64,000 nucleotides of DNA, taken from positions 253,649-317,648 of the forward strand of contig DIAM01000004.1 in the NCBI GenBank assembly GCA_002416505.1, in the 5' to 3' direction. The notes beneath the pieces were generated by a model. That model saw only the letters and a list, made by a program, of their open reading frames with translations, was not told where the DNA came from and made no database searches. Positions 32,210-40,807 of the stretch are shown piece after piece. A program made the position numbers and the translations under genes. The number at the start of each line of letters is the position of its first letter. Within the stretch, counting starts at the first letter, position 1. This DNA is from Gammaproteobacteria bacterium UBA5078. GTDB lineage: Bacteria > Pseudomonadota > Gammaproteobacteria > Pseudomonadales > Pseudohongiellaceae.

Positions 32210-32682
32210 CAGCGTGTAAGCCTCCTGATCCGAGCACCCATATCGCCATTTTTCAACGCTGCGATACTGCTGCGATCCAACGCATGAACCGTGATGCTTT
32301 CGGCTGTGATTGAGGTGGTGATAGTGCCTGGCGTCAAGGAGATAGAGTTCGCCAAGATTACACGCCCCATATCACTATCCTGGGTGATATCGATGCTTTC
32401 AATAGCTGGATTAAGCTTGAGGCCAAATTGCCAAATTCGTCTAACGACTTGGTAGTTTGAAATCACCAGCTCTTTAAGCAACCACAAATAGTAGGCTGGC
32501 AGTTCCCGGGAAAGGTGAAACGGAATTGACTCCTCGTCTACTACATTCATTCGTCTCGCAACGAGGACAACAAGCCCTATAGACGCCACACCTAGCCCTA
32601 GAATAAGGGGGGTGTAATGTCCAGAGTTCACTAGCCAAAAGATGACTAATAATATTACGAGCCCGAGAGTTTGAGTTTTCAC
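32209..32682 (-). CDS. mrpE: Mrp antiporter subunit E
   Basis: Two N-terminal TM helices, and ANSISLTPGTITTSI...ITVHALD is the MnhE pattern. GTG start at 32682. Confidence 0.7.
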   Translation of the reverse strand: MKTQTLGLVILLVIFWLVNSGHYTPLILGLGVASIGLVVLVARRMNVVDEESIPFHLSRELPAYYLWLLKELVISNYQVVRRIWQFGLKLNPAIESIDITQDSDMGRVILANSISLTPGTITTSITAESITVHALDRSSIAALKNGDMGARIRRLTR

Positions 32683-32697
32683 AATTATTCCTGCACA

Positions 32698-32718
32698 TTC
32701 AGTTTCAAAAAAACTGAA
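32698..32718 (-). promoter_or_regulatory. 8-bp hairpin (TTCAGTTT caaaa AAACTGAA) 16 nt upstream of mrpE
   Basis: Read directly. It sits between the small secreted-protein gene and mrpE. Its function is unknown (5'-UTR structure or weak attenuator). Confidence 0.3.
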
Positions 32719-32811
32719 ATCCTAAGTAGATTTGTTGAATTATTATAACGCGATATGTAAGAAGTTCTTTTATTCACGCGCTCATGATAGAGCCTGTGTA
32801 AAAAAGTGTTG

Positions 32812-33072
32812 CTACTGAGGTTCCGGGTCAGCCCGTTCGGCTAACTCAGGGGCGCGAGTTCTTACAGCCCGCTCAACGATAGTTTCTGCTGACTCTGTCA
32901 CCTCGTCGCGGCTGATGTCTGTATTGAGGCGAGTGCGTGCGGCGCGGTCAACGAAAGTTTCGTCTACCGACTCTGTAGCACTGTTTTCTGGACCGCCCGG
33001 CTCGCTAAAGACTACGAGCAGAAGTGCAAGCGCAGCCATGAGCGTCATAGCGATTAACACTTTTGTCTTCAT
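32812..33072 (-). CDS. Small secreted protein with an internal tandem repeat
   Basis: Signal-like N-terminus MKTKVLIAMTLMAALALLLVVF. Repeat pair: TESVDETFVDRAARTR / TESAETIVERAVRTR. No family recognised. Confidence 0.4.
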   Translation of the reverse strand: MKTKVLIAMTLMAALALLLVVFSEPGGPENSATESVDETFVDRAARTRLNTDISRDEVTESAETIVERAVRTRAPELAERADPEPQ

Positions 33073-33233
33073 TGAAACCTCCTCATTCTCGAGACCACAA
33101 TATTGTCACCAATGTTGAGGAGAAGTTTGTCAAAAGTGTAAATAAGTGTGGAATTGGCTAGAGCCTCTACTTGTTAAATGTGGACTATGCTATGTTCCAA
33201 GTCGCACATCTGCGTTGTTGTAGAGGAAAGGTA

Positions 33234-33953
33234 ATGACGACGAGTTCTAGCATTCTGATAGTAGATGACGATAAAGATATTCGGGATCTGCTACAAAAAT
33301 TACTGAGCGCGGAGGGTTATCACTGCCGTGTGGCTAGGGATGGCGATGATATGTTTATGAAGCTAAAGCAGAACCTTAGCGATCTGATTCTATTAGATGT
33401 CATGATGCCGGGGCGCGACGGGTTTGAGCTATGCCGTATGCTACAGGCAGATCCCACTATGCCCCCCGTCATCATGTTAACGGCCAAGGACGATGAAATC
33501 GATCGAGTGGTCGGTTTGGAGCTCGGCGCTGATGACTATATAGTCAAGCCGTTCGGCAAGCGGGAATTGATTGCACGAATCAAGGTCGTTTTGAGGCGCA
33601 TGCATGGGGGGCGGCGTCGTGTACCCGGCAACAAGGGTAATTATTTGTTTGCAGACTGGTGCTTCAAACCAGCACAAATGGAATTGGTCGATGGCACCGC
33701 CACAGTAACCCCTCTGTCCTCCAGCGAGTCGGAATTACTATTAGCATTTGTACAAAATCCTCAAGTACCCTTGTCTCGTGATCGCTTACTAGATATGACG
33801 AAAGGCCGCAATAGCGCACCGTTCGATCGAAGCGTCGACTCTCATATCAGCAGGCTACGCCGCAAATTAGGGGACGACGCCAAGAGCCCTGAGATCATCA
33901 AGACCTCTTGGGGAAAAGGCTATGTGTTCACCTATCCCGTGGAGTCAGTCTAG
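33234..33953 (+). CDS. OmpR-family response regulator
   Basis: Receiver (ILIVDDDKDIRDLL...LILLDVMMPGRDG...MLTAKDD) plus winged helix (HISRLRRKLG...IKTSWGKGYVF). ATG 33234 follows a GAGGAAAG SD. Confidence 0.85.
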   Translation: MTTSSSILIVDDDKDIRDLLQKLLSAEGYHCRVARDGDDMFMKLKQNLSDLILLDVMMPGRDGFELCRMLQADPTMPPVIMLTAKDDEIDRVVGLELGADDYIVKPFGKRELIARIKVVLRRMHGGRRRVPGNKGNYLFADWCFKPAQMELVDGTATVTPLSSSESELLLAFVQNPQVPLSRDRLLDMTKGRNSAPFDRSVDSHISRLRRKLGDDAKSPEIIKTSWGKGYVFTYPVESV

Positions 33954-35320
33954 TGACACCGTGGCTGGCGAATTTCGTGCCCACTCTGAGAGCGAGGGCC
34001 CTACTCGTATTAACTTCCCTGTTTATTTTTTCACAAGTCTTGAGCCTCATAATCTACGAAGAAAATCGTCACGAAACAGTCATCCTAACAGAAGCTACCG
34101 ACTTGGCAGATCGAATTATCGGTATTGTAGATTTGGCAGAACAGTTTCCGGATGCAGACCGCGCGCAGATATTAGCTGCCGCACAGACCCAGTTTCTATC
34201 CATGTATCGCGGCATAGAGATCCCCGCGCAACAACAGTGCGCACAGAATGAGTTCTCTGAGCGCATCAGTTCTCGTCTAAACGAGTGGTTTAGGGAAATC
34301 AATGACCTAAGTGCATCGGTCTGTGTTCGTGATATGCACGACTCGCCTATTGGCTCGCCAAGTGCCAACGCGCAAGGTTTTGAAGCACTGGTAGCGATTA
34401 CCTTTCTTGATGGCGGGCAGGCCATCTTTCAGGCCCGATTACCCGATGCGCCCTCCTTGTTTCTCGATTCGGCAATTGTCTATATTCTCGTTGTCGGTTT
34501 GTTCTCCTTGTTTATCGCTTGGTATCTAATCAGTCGAGTTCTCACGCCCTTAGGGCAACTGGCCATAGCCGCGGATGAAATTGGGACTAATCTCGACTCC
34601 CCAGCGCTTTCCGAAAAGGGCCCTGCGGAGGTGACTAGCGCTGCGCGTGCGTTCAATCGTATGCAATCGCGACTGCGGCGACTCGTGCACGGGCAAACGG
34701 AAATGCTTGCGGCGATATCACATGACCTAAGGTCTACTGCTACAAGACTACAATTGCGATCGGAGCTTTTGGAGAACGAACAAGAAAGGGAGGGAATGTT
34801 ACGGGTAGTAAGTGATATGCGATCGATGATCGAGTCGGTGTTGGATTTCGTTCGAGGCGTAGAACCGAATGAAAAACCCCGCAAAACAAACCTTATAGCG
34901 CTACTCGAGAGCCTTTGTGAAGACTTGAAAGAGGAGGGTTATCCCATTGAGTATGAGTTCGCGGCTTTCAACGCCAATCTTCAATGCCATCCGGCGGCGC
35001 TGCGCCGTTGCTTCCAAAACATTATCGACAATGCTATAAAATATGGCGTCAATACGCACATTCGCTGTTATTTAACCGAGAGGCACATTGTCGTACGCTT
35101 CGATGATGAAGGCCCAGGGGTAGCGGAGGAGGAGTTGCCAAATCTTACCCAACCCTTCTATCGCCTAGAACATTCAAGAAATCGAGATAATGGCGGCGTG
35201 GGTCTAGGCCTTGCTATTGCCCAAAATATCGCACAGAGCCACGGTGGCACACTACAAATCAGTAATCGCAAACCGAATGGCTTGCGGGTCGAAATATTGC
35301 TACCTAAGGCTGTCGACTAA
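33953..35320 (+). CDS. EnvZ-like sensor histidine kinase (2 TM, HAMP, HisKA, HATPase_c)
   Basis: H-box MLAAISHDLRS, N-box IIDNAIKYG, G1 DDEGPGV, G2 GGVGLGLAI. A likely GTG start at 33953 overlaps the regulator stop (TAGTG). Confidence 0.85.
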   Translation: MTPWLANFVPTLRARALLVLTSLFIFSQVLSLIIYEENRHETVILTEATDLADRIIGIVDLAEQFPDADRAQILAAAQTQFLSMYRGIEIPAQQQCAQNEFSERISSRLNEWFREINDLSASVCVRDMHDSPIGSPSANAQGFEALVAITFLDGGQAIFQARLPDAPSLFLDSAIVYILVVGLFSLFIAWYLISRVLTPLGQLAIAADEIGTNLDSPALSEKGPAEVTSAARAFNRMQSRLRRLVHGQTEMLAAISHDLRSTATRLQLRSELLENEQEREGMLRVVSDMRSMIESVLDFVRGVEPNEKPRKTNLIALLESLCEDLKEEGYPIEYEFAAFNANLQCHPAALRRCFQNIIDNAIKYGVNTHIRCYLTERHIVVRFDDEGPGVAEEELPNLTQPFYRLEHSRNRDNGGVGLGLAIAQNIAQSHGGTLQISNRKPNGLRVEILLPKAVD

Positions 35321-35324
35321 GGAC

Positions 35325-35738
35325 TTACGCCTGTAAATCGATTCTTCTGGTACGGCCATTTTCGTCTATCGCGACGAAGACGAAGTGCCCCTCGGCAACC
35401 TTGCGTTGACCATGCTGGGTTATTGAGTTCGAGATCCACACCTCGATATTAATATGCATGGAACTACGGCCAATCTCTACGATGTCTGCATAGCAGCTGA
35501 CGATGGAGCCTACGCTTACGGGAAAAAGGAAAGAGACGTTCTTTATGGCGACAGTAGCGCTACGCCCACGTGTCACTTGCTTGGTTGCGATGCCCGCTGC
35601 AAGGTCCATCTGTGAGACTAGCCAGCCACCAAAGATATCGCCATTGGCATTGGTATCGCGCGGCATCGCAAGGGTTTGCAGTGCCAGCTCACCCACCGGT
35701 TGTGGCTCGAGATCTACGTCGTCCTTCTTCAATGCCAT
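35325..35738 (-). CDS. YciA-type acyl-CoA thioesterase (hotdog fold)
   Basis: LQTLAMPRDTNANGDIFGGWLVSQMDLAAGI. Confidence 0.75.
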   Translation of the reverse strand: MALKKDDVDLEPQPVGELALQTLAMPRDTNANGDIFGGWLVSQMDLAAGIATKQVTRGRSATVAIKNVSFLFPVSVGSIVSCYADIVEIGRSSMHINIEVWISNSITQHGQRKVAEGHFVFVAIDENGRTRRIDLQA

Positions 35739-35806
35739 TTACACAGTCCTCTCTAAAATCCCGCGCTTAAACTCACCAACGCACAGACTAGCACAGTTGC
35801 CTGAAA

Positions 35807-36172
35807 TCAATACATCATTCGCCATGCACTGGACAGTTGCCAGCTCGTCAGTAGTAGAAAGCCGGTGGCGATGACAAACAGGACTAAGAAACAATAGTAG
35901 GGGAATCGCGACAGGCGTGTCCTAATCCTCAGCGCAAACTTCATCTCGTTTTGCACTCGCGCAGGTACATGGGCGAACAGGTTAATGAACGAGTGCGCCA
36001 TCGTGGCCCATGTAAAGAGGATTAGCGCCGGAATGAGACCCAGGTCTTCGGCCTGTGAGCTCGAGGCGAGTAAGACATAGATTCCATAGCCCAACGCCAG
36101 TGTCGCCAGGATAAGAAACACTGGGCTAAGAGGCCTTAAGAGCTTAGCGATTCTTTGAAGTTTATCTAACAT
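35807..36172 (-). CDS. Hypothetical membrane protein (3-4 TM)
   Basis: Hydrophobic segments only. No family recognised. Confidence 0.4.
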   Translation of the reverse strand: MLDKLQRIAKLLRPLSPVFLILATLALGYGIYVLLASSSQAEDLGLIPALILFTWATMAHSFINLFAHVPARVQNEMKFALRIRTRLSRFPYYCFLVLFVIATGFLLLTSWQLSSAWRMMY

Positions 36173-36245
36173 AGGTATTCTGCGTTTCGCATTGCGCCGC
36201 GCTGCGGGTTAAAATACTCGGACTAAAAGCCGACTGGAAACACGC

Positions 36246-36812
36246 ATGAGCATGCCCCCTTTCGAAAATTCTCACGCTAGTAATCACGATAGCGTTGCAC
36301 CGACCCTCCACATCCCTCTGATCGCGGGCTATCGGCCAGATGGCGAGGGCATCGTCGAGCAAGTCGCAGTTACCCCACTTGGCGACGACGACAAGTCGCA
36401 GTCAACGAAATCCGTCGCCGCACAGTATCGTCTCCTGCGCTCACCCGCTTTTGTGCGCGGCCTGGCAGCTGGCGATAAAATCAGCTTCCCAGCCGATACT
36501 GCAGAGGGCTATGAGCTGCTCCAACGCAGCGGAAACCTGTGCCTGCGCGTGTTGAGTAAGAGTAACATAGACGAGGTATTACTGGCTCTGACGCCGGAGA
36601 TAGAACTTCTCGACGGCGTCCTCGACATAGAGACCCCGCGTTTGCTGGTCTACAGCATCCACGTCTCCATCGGATTTCAGGCGATAGAGATATTACTCGA
36701 TCGGATCAGCGGGCAATTCGCCGGTACGCTCTGGTACTATGGCAACGTATACGACCCCGCCGATGGCGTCACTCCCTTAGACTGGTGGCAAGCGTTTCTC
36801 GCCCCGGTGTGA
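36246..36812 (+). CDS. Hypothetical cytoplasmic protein
   Basis: Intact ORF in a gap not otherwise explained. No motif I can name with confidence. Confidence 0.4.
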   Translation: MSMPPFENSHASNHDSVAPTLHIPLIAGYRPDGEGIVEQVAVTPLGDDDKSQSTKSVAAQYRLLRSPAFVRGLAAGDKISFPADTAEGYELLQRSGNLCLRVLSKSNIDEVLLALTPEIELLDGVLDIETPRLLVYSIHVSIGFQAIEILLDRISGQFAGTLWYYGNVYDPADGVTPLDWWQAFLAPV

Positions 36813-36845
36813 ATACACGAAATTGAATCTCTTTGAGGCAAGACC

Positions 36846-37619
36846 ATGTTAGTGGTGATATCTCCAGCCAAGTCTCTGGACTATGAGACGCCCGTAAAAA
36901 TTCGCAAGTTCACACAAGCAGACTTTCTCGATGACTCTGCACAATTGATATCCCAACTCAAAGGCTTATCGCCCGCGCAAGTGTCCTCGTTAATGTCCAT
37001 TAGCCCAAAGCTCGGCGAGCTCAATCGAGAGCGCTTCGCGCAATGGCATACGCCTTTTACTAAGGACAATGCGCGTCAGGCGCTGTTCGCATTCAAGGGG
37101 GATGTCTATATCGGCCTAGATGCCTATGCGCTCTCCAGTGCCGACATAAGTTTCGCACAGAATCATCTGCGCATTTTATCGGGTTTATACGGCTTGCTGC
37201 GCCCACTCGATCTAGTACAGCCCTACCGCCTCGAGATGGGAACATCGCTTAAGAACGACAATGGATCCTCCCTGTACCAATTTTGGGGCAGCAAGATTAC
37301 GGACGCATTGAATCAGGAGATGGGCGGACAGAAAAACCCAATACTTGTGAACCTAGCATCGAACGAATACTTTAAGGCAGTAAAGCCAGCGCAGCTACGC
37401 GCGCAGATTGTCTCCCCCGTATTCAAAGATTATAGTAATGGGCAGTACAAAATAGTCAGCTTCTTTGCCAAGAAAGCCAGAGGCTTGATGAGCGCTTACA
37501 TCATTAAGAATCGACTAAAGAGGACAGAGGACCTACTCGGCTTCGATGTGGACGGTTATCGCTATAGCGAGAAAGACTCCAAACCCCATGCACCAGTATT
37601 CTTACGTAAGGAGGCCTGA
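36846..37619 (+). CDS. yaaA: Peroxide stress protein YaaA (UPF0246)
   Basis: MLVVISPAKSLDYETP..., FKGDVYIGLDA, RILSGLYGLLRPLD. Confidence 0.9.
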   Translation: MLVVISPAKSLDYETPVKIRKFTQADFLDDSAQLISQLKGLSPAQVSSLMSISPKLGELNRERFAQWHTPFTKDNARQALFAFKGDVYIGLDAYALSSADISFAQNHLRILSGLYGLLRPLDLVQPYRLEMGTSLKNDNGSSLYQFWGSKITDALNQEMGGQKNPILVNLASNEYFKAVKPAQLRAQIVSPVFKDYSNGQYKIVSFFAKKARGLMSAYIIKNRLKRTEDLLGFDVDGYRYSEKDSKPHAPVFLRKEA

Positions 37620-37622
37620 GCG

Positions 37623-38219
37623 ATGTCGTTGCCTTTCAGCCAGTCATGCGAAAATAACAAAGACTATATTCTGGCGCAGCTACGCAGGCACTTCACCAAG
37701 CCCTTCGGTAGAGTATTAGAGATAGCCGGAGGCACCGGGCAACACGCTGAATATTTCGCCCAACACATGCCTCATTTGCATTGGCAGAGCACGGACGTGC
37801 CTGAGAATGTCGAGATGCTCAACCTGCGCTTGGAGGCGGCCACTCTGCCTAATCTGCCAAGCGCGCGCCCCTTCGACGTTACGCAAGACAAGCTCGCCCA
37901 CAGCCCCTTGGACTATATTTTCAGTGCTAACAGCCTGCATATTATGCCTGCCGAGGCCGTGACCCATTTCTTCCGACACATGCGCTACCTACTCGCTAAC
38001 TCCGGCGTGCTCTGTGTGTATGGACCATTCAAATACGAGGGCGAATACACAACTTCAAGCAATGCCGAGTTTGATAACTGGTTAAAGGGAAGAAACTCTG
38101 CCAGTGGAATACGAGATTTTGAAACAGTGCAGTTACTGGCCGAAGAGGCAGGCTTGAGTTTGCTGGAAGACAATGCGATGCCCGCGAACAATCGACTCTT
38201 GGTTTGGACTAAGTCCTAG
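37623..38219 (+). CDS. DUF938-family class I SAM-dependent methyltransferase
   Basis: SCENNKDYILAQLRRHF...VLEIAGGTGQHAEYFAQHMPHLHWQSTD. It starts 3 nt after the yaaA stop. Confidence 0.7.
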   Translation: MSLPFSQSCENNKDYILAQLRRHFTKPFGRVLEIAGGTGQHAEYFAQHMPHLHWQSTDVPENVEMLNLRLEAATLPNLPSARPFDVTQDKLAHSPLDYIFSANSLHIMPAEAVTHFFRHMRYLLANSGVLCVYGPFKYEGEYTTSSNAEFDNWLKGRNSASGIRDFETVQLLAEEAGLSLLEDNAMPANNRLLVWTKS

Positions 38220-38301
38220 TGAGACTATTTTAGGGAACCCACAACTCGATACGCAGTCAAAGCACAACAACTAATAATGCAGACTCGAATCGATGTGAAA
38301 G

Positions 38302-39150
38302 ATGGATGATTTCACCGCAAGCTTAGCAGACGACTCACTACCCCTCGTGGGAGACATGACATTTCCAGAGGAGTCCAGCGAACCGACGCAGGCCTCATCG
38401 CGTCGATACGCGGCTGGCCCGATACTAGTGAGCGCTCTACTACACGCTATCGGACTCTACGCCTTAGTCGAGTTCCCCATAGACGCGCCGAAGCAGACGA
38501 GCACGGAACGTGTCGTGATCACTATGCAGCTTGCGCCGCCGACGCAGGCCCGCGGTTCCGAACCAAGCCCAATGGTCCCGTCCGTAGACGCAGGGGCGCG
38601 GGAGCCCAAAAACTCTGCGCCGCGACCTCCAGAGCCTCGATCCCTTCCCCCGCCTGTTGTCGATCTACCCCAGCAGCCCGAGCCCCTCGTCTCTATCGAC
38701 CCGACTCCCGCGCCATTGCCCGCTCCGGATTCACCCGCCCCTACACGCCTTGCAGTTCGGCAGATGGTGGAGCGATTGCGTAGTGAGCAGGAGCAGCAAG
38801 CCGTCATTCGAGCGTGTACACCCCAGCAGAAACTCAATCCTATGTTGCTCTGCGCCGATGGGGCAGCCACGGCATTCGATAACGCCCTGCCCGACGCAGG
38901 CGATGGCTTTTTCGCCGCCAACCCGAGGCATACGGATTTCGCCGCAAGCCAGGCAAGGAACCGGCGCCTCGCCAATAGTCTGCGCGACTCTGGAATGTCT
39001 CGCAGTGATATAGACCGCTATATCAAGGACTTTGACGTTAACTCCCAGCAGAGGAGTACGTCTGGAGATGCCCGCGCGAACGCGGTGCGAGATCAGATGT
39101 TTCGCAACGATTCGACCTATCAACAGATGAAGCGTGCACTGAATCCCTAG
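38302..39150 (+). CDS. Membrane-anchored proline-rich protein (TonB-like N-terminal architecture, unrelated C-terminus)
   Basis: One TM helix (GPILVSALLHAIGLYALV), then a PxP-rich spacer (PRPPEPRSLPPPVVDLPQQPEP...PTPAPLPAPDSPAP). The C-terminal 130 aa have no TonB-C motif. Confidence 0.45.
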   Translation: MDDFTASLADDSLPLVGDMTFPEESSEPTQASSRRYAAGPILVSALLHAIGLYALVEFPIDAPKQTSTERVVITMQLAPPTQARGSEPSPMVPSVDAGAREPKNSAPRPPEPRSLPPPVVDLPQQPEPLVSIDPTPAPLPAPDSPAPTRLAVRQMVERLRSEQEQQAVIRACTPQQKLNPMLLCADGAATAFDNALPDAGDGFFAANPRHTDFAASQARNRRLANSLRDSGMSRSDIDRYIKDFDVNSQQRSTSGDARANAVRDQMFRNDSTYQQMKRALNP

Positions 39151-39165
39151 TCTCTTGCTAGCACG

Positions 39166-39888
39166 CTAGTGAGTGCCGTGTTCGTATTGCGCCTCATGCT
39201 CCATCAACACTTCTCTGATCGCGGCAGCCCAAATATCGTAGCCCTTCTCGTTCAGATGCAGGTCGTCATCGCGAAAAATATCCCTCATCACCGTGCCATC
39301 GGGCTGCATGAACGGCGTGGCGACATCGATGTAGTGGATCAGGGGGTCCGCTGCGGCTAGCGCTTGATAGCGCTCATTGACTTCGAGCGCCGCAGGCCAA
39401 GTAGCCTCTCTGGCGACACTTGGCTTAACCGCAAGCAGGTAAATACGTGCCTGCGGTAGTTGCGCATGTATGCGCGCGACGATCTGCTCAAGCTGACTGA
39501 TAATCGTCTGAGTTGGAATATTATTGCGGCCGGTATCGTTGTCACCCTCATAGAGCAGAATCGCGCGAGGCTTATAGGCCAGCGCGACGCGATCGAGATA
39601 GTGCAGCACGTCATTCATCACACTACCGCCGAAGCCGCGCGGGATGACCGTGAGTGGCGCGAGGTCTGCGGGCGCATCCTCGTTCCAAAAATAGATGCTG
39701 GAACTACCCGTTAAGACAATAGCATTGGCTGGCGGTGGCGAGATCTTATCTTTCGCCTCGAAGGCCTCGATAGCCTGTTCGAAGCGCGTCGGATCAGGCA
39801 GCTCTTGCGCGACGATTTGCGCACCCAGAGCAGTAAACAGAAACGCCGTAAGAAGGCAGCTAAACAGATGACGAGTAGATAAAGACAT
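39166..39888 (-). CDS. Secreted SGNH/GDSL-type hydrolase
   Basis: Signal peptide. Block I LTGSSSI, block II GFGGS, block III YEGDND, block V DDLHLNEKGY. Confidence 0.6.
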   Translation of the reverse strand: MSLSTRHLFSCLLTAFLFTALGAQIVAQELPDPTRFEQAIEAFEAKDKISPPPANAIVLTGSSSIYFWNEDAPADLAPLTVIPRGFGGSVMNDVLHYLDRVALAYKPRAILLYEGDNDTGRNNIPTQTIISQLEQIVARIHAQLPQARIYLLAVKPSVAREATWPAALEVNERYQALAAADPLIHYIDVATPFMQPDGTVMRDIFRDDDLHLNEKGYDIWAAAIREVLMEHEAQYEHGTH

Positions 39889-39962
39889 GGCGCTTTCCTA
39901 TTTATTATTGTCGAGACTTTGAGCCTAATCTGCCACAGTTGATGAGCTTAGGAAAGCGCTCC

Positions 39963-40796
39963 CTAGCCAAAGCTGCGCCGTAGGCACCTAATGCGCACAT
40001 CGATACTGAGACTGAGGCGCTCCAGCGCGGCGGCATTTTCTCGGCCGGCTTGGCTCGCACGGTAAAGATGCGGTGTCATCGCGAGTAGATCCGCAATCGC
40101 CTCGCGGGATTCCAGGACGATGTTAAAACACAGCGCTCTTTCATCGATTAGGCTAAAGCCCTCGGGCAGCGGCGCCTCGCCTTCGCGTGGCGGTTTCAAG
40201 CTTGGATAAATCACCTCGCGTAATTCGCGTAGATGCTGCTCTCCCGTGTCGACCTGAATTAGCAGGCCATCTGTTTTCATAACCCGTGCGAATTCCGCAT
40301 AGACTGGGAAGCCGAACAGACACAGCACACAGTCGAGCGTGCCAGAGACCACGGGCAGATTGGCGTTGCTGCCCACCACCCAGGTAGATGATTTGTCTGA
40401 CTTCGCAGCGGCCTGCACCGCCCATTTCGATATATCGAGACCGAGGATAGACAATGACATGCCTGTGCTTTGTACCTCGCGCAGGTAGTAGCCCTCACCG
40501 CAGCCCGCGTCTAAGCAACTCAATGGCCCATGGCTATGAGCGCGGAGCGTCTCGGCCAGGGCTTGTGCGATAGGCGCATAGTAGCCCGCGCTCAGGAAGT
40601 GGCGCCGCGCCGCAACCATCTCTTTGCTATCGCCGGGGTCCTTGGAGCGCTTATTCTGCACGGGGAGCAGATGCACATAGCCTTCACGGGCCACGTCATA
40701 GCTATGTCCCGCCTCGCATCTCCAGCTCATGTCGCGACGCGTAAGGGCGCTGCCATCTAGTGGGCAACGCAGTGCTTGGAAGGGAAGGCTCGGCAT
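39963..40796 (-). CDS. rlmA: 23S rRNA (guanine745-N1)-methyltransferase
   Basis: Zn-finger LRCPLDGS...WRCEAGHSYDVAREGYVHLLP, and SAM motif CLDAGCGEGYY. I used the internal ATG 40796, which avoids overlap with the upstream carboxypeptidase gene. Confidence 0.8.
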   Translation of the reverse strand: MPSLPFQALRCPLDGSALTRRDMSWRCEAGHSYDVAREGYVHLLPVQNKRSKDPGDSKEMVAARRHFLSAGYYAPIAQALAETLRAHSHGPLSCLDAGCGEGYYLREVQSTGMSLSILGLDISKWAVQAAAKSDKSSTWVVGSNANLPVVSGTLDCVLCLFGFPVYAEFARVMKTDGLLIQVDTGEQHLRELREVIYPSLKPPREGEAPLPEGFSLIDERALCFNIVLESREAIADLLAMTPHLYRASQAGRENAAALERLSLSIDVRIRCLRRSFG

Positions 40797-40807
40797 AGTG
40801 GCAGACG

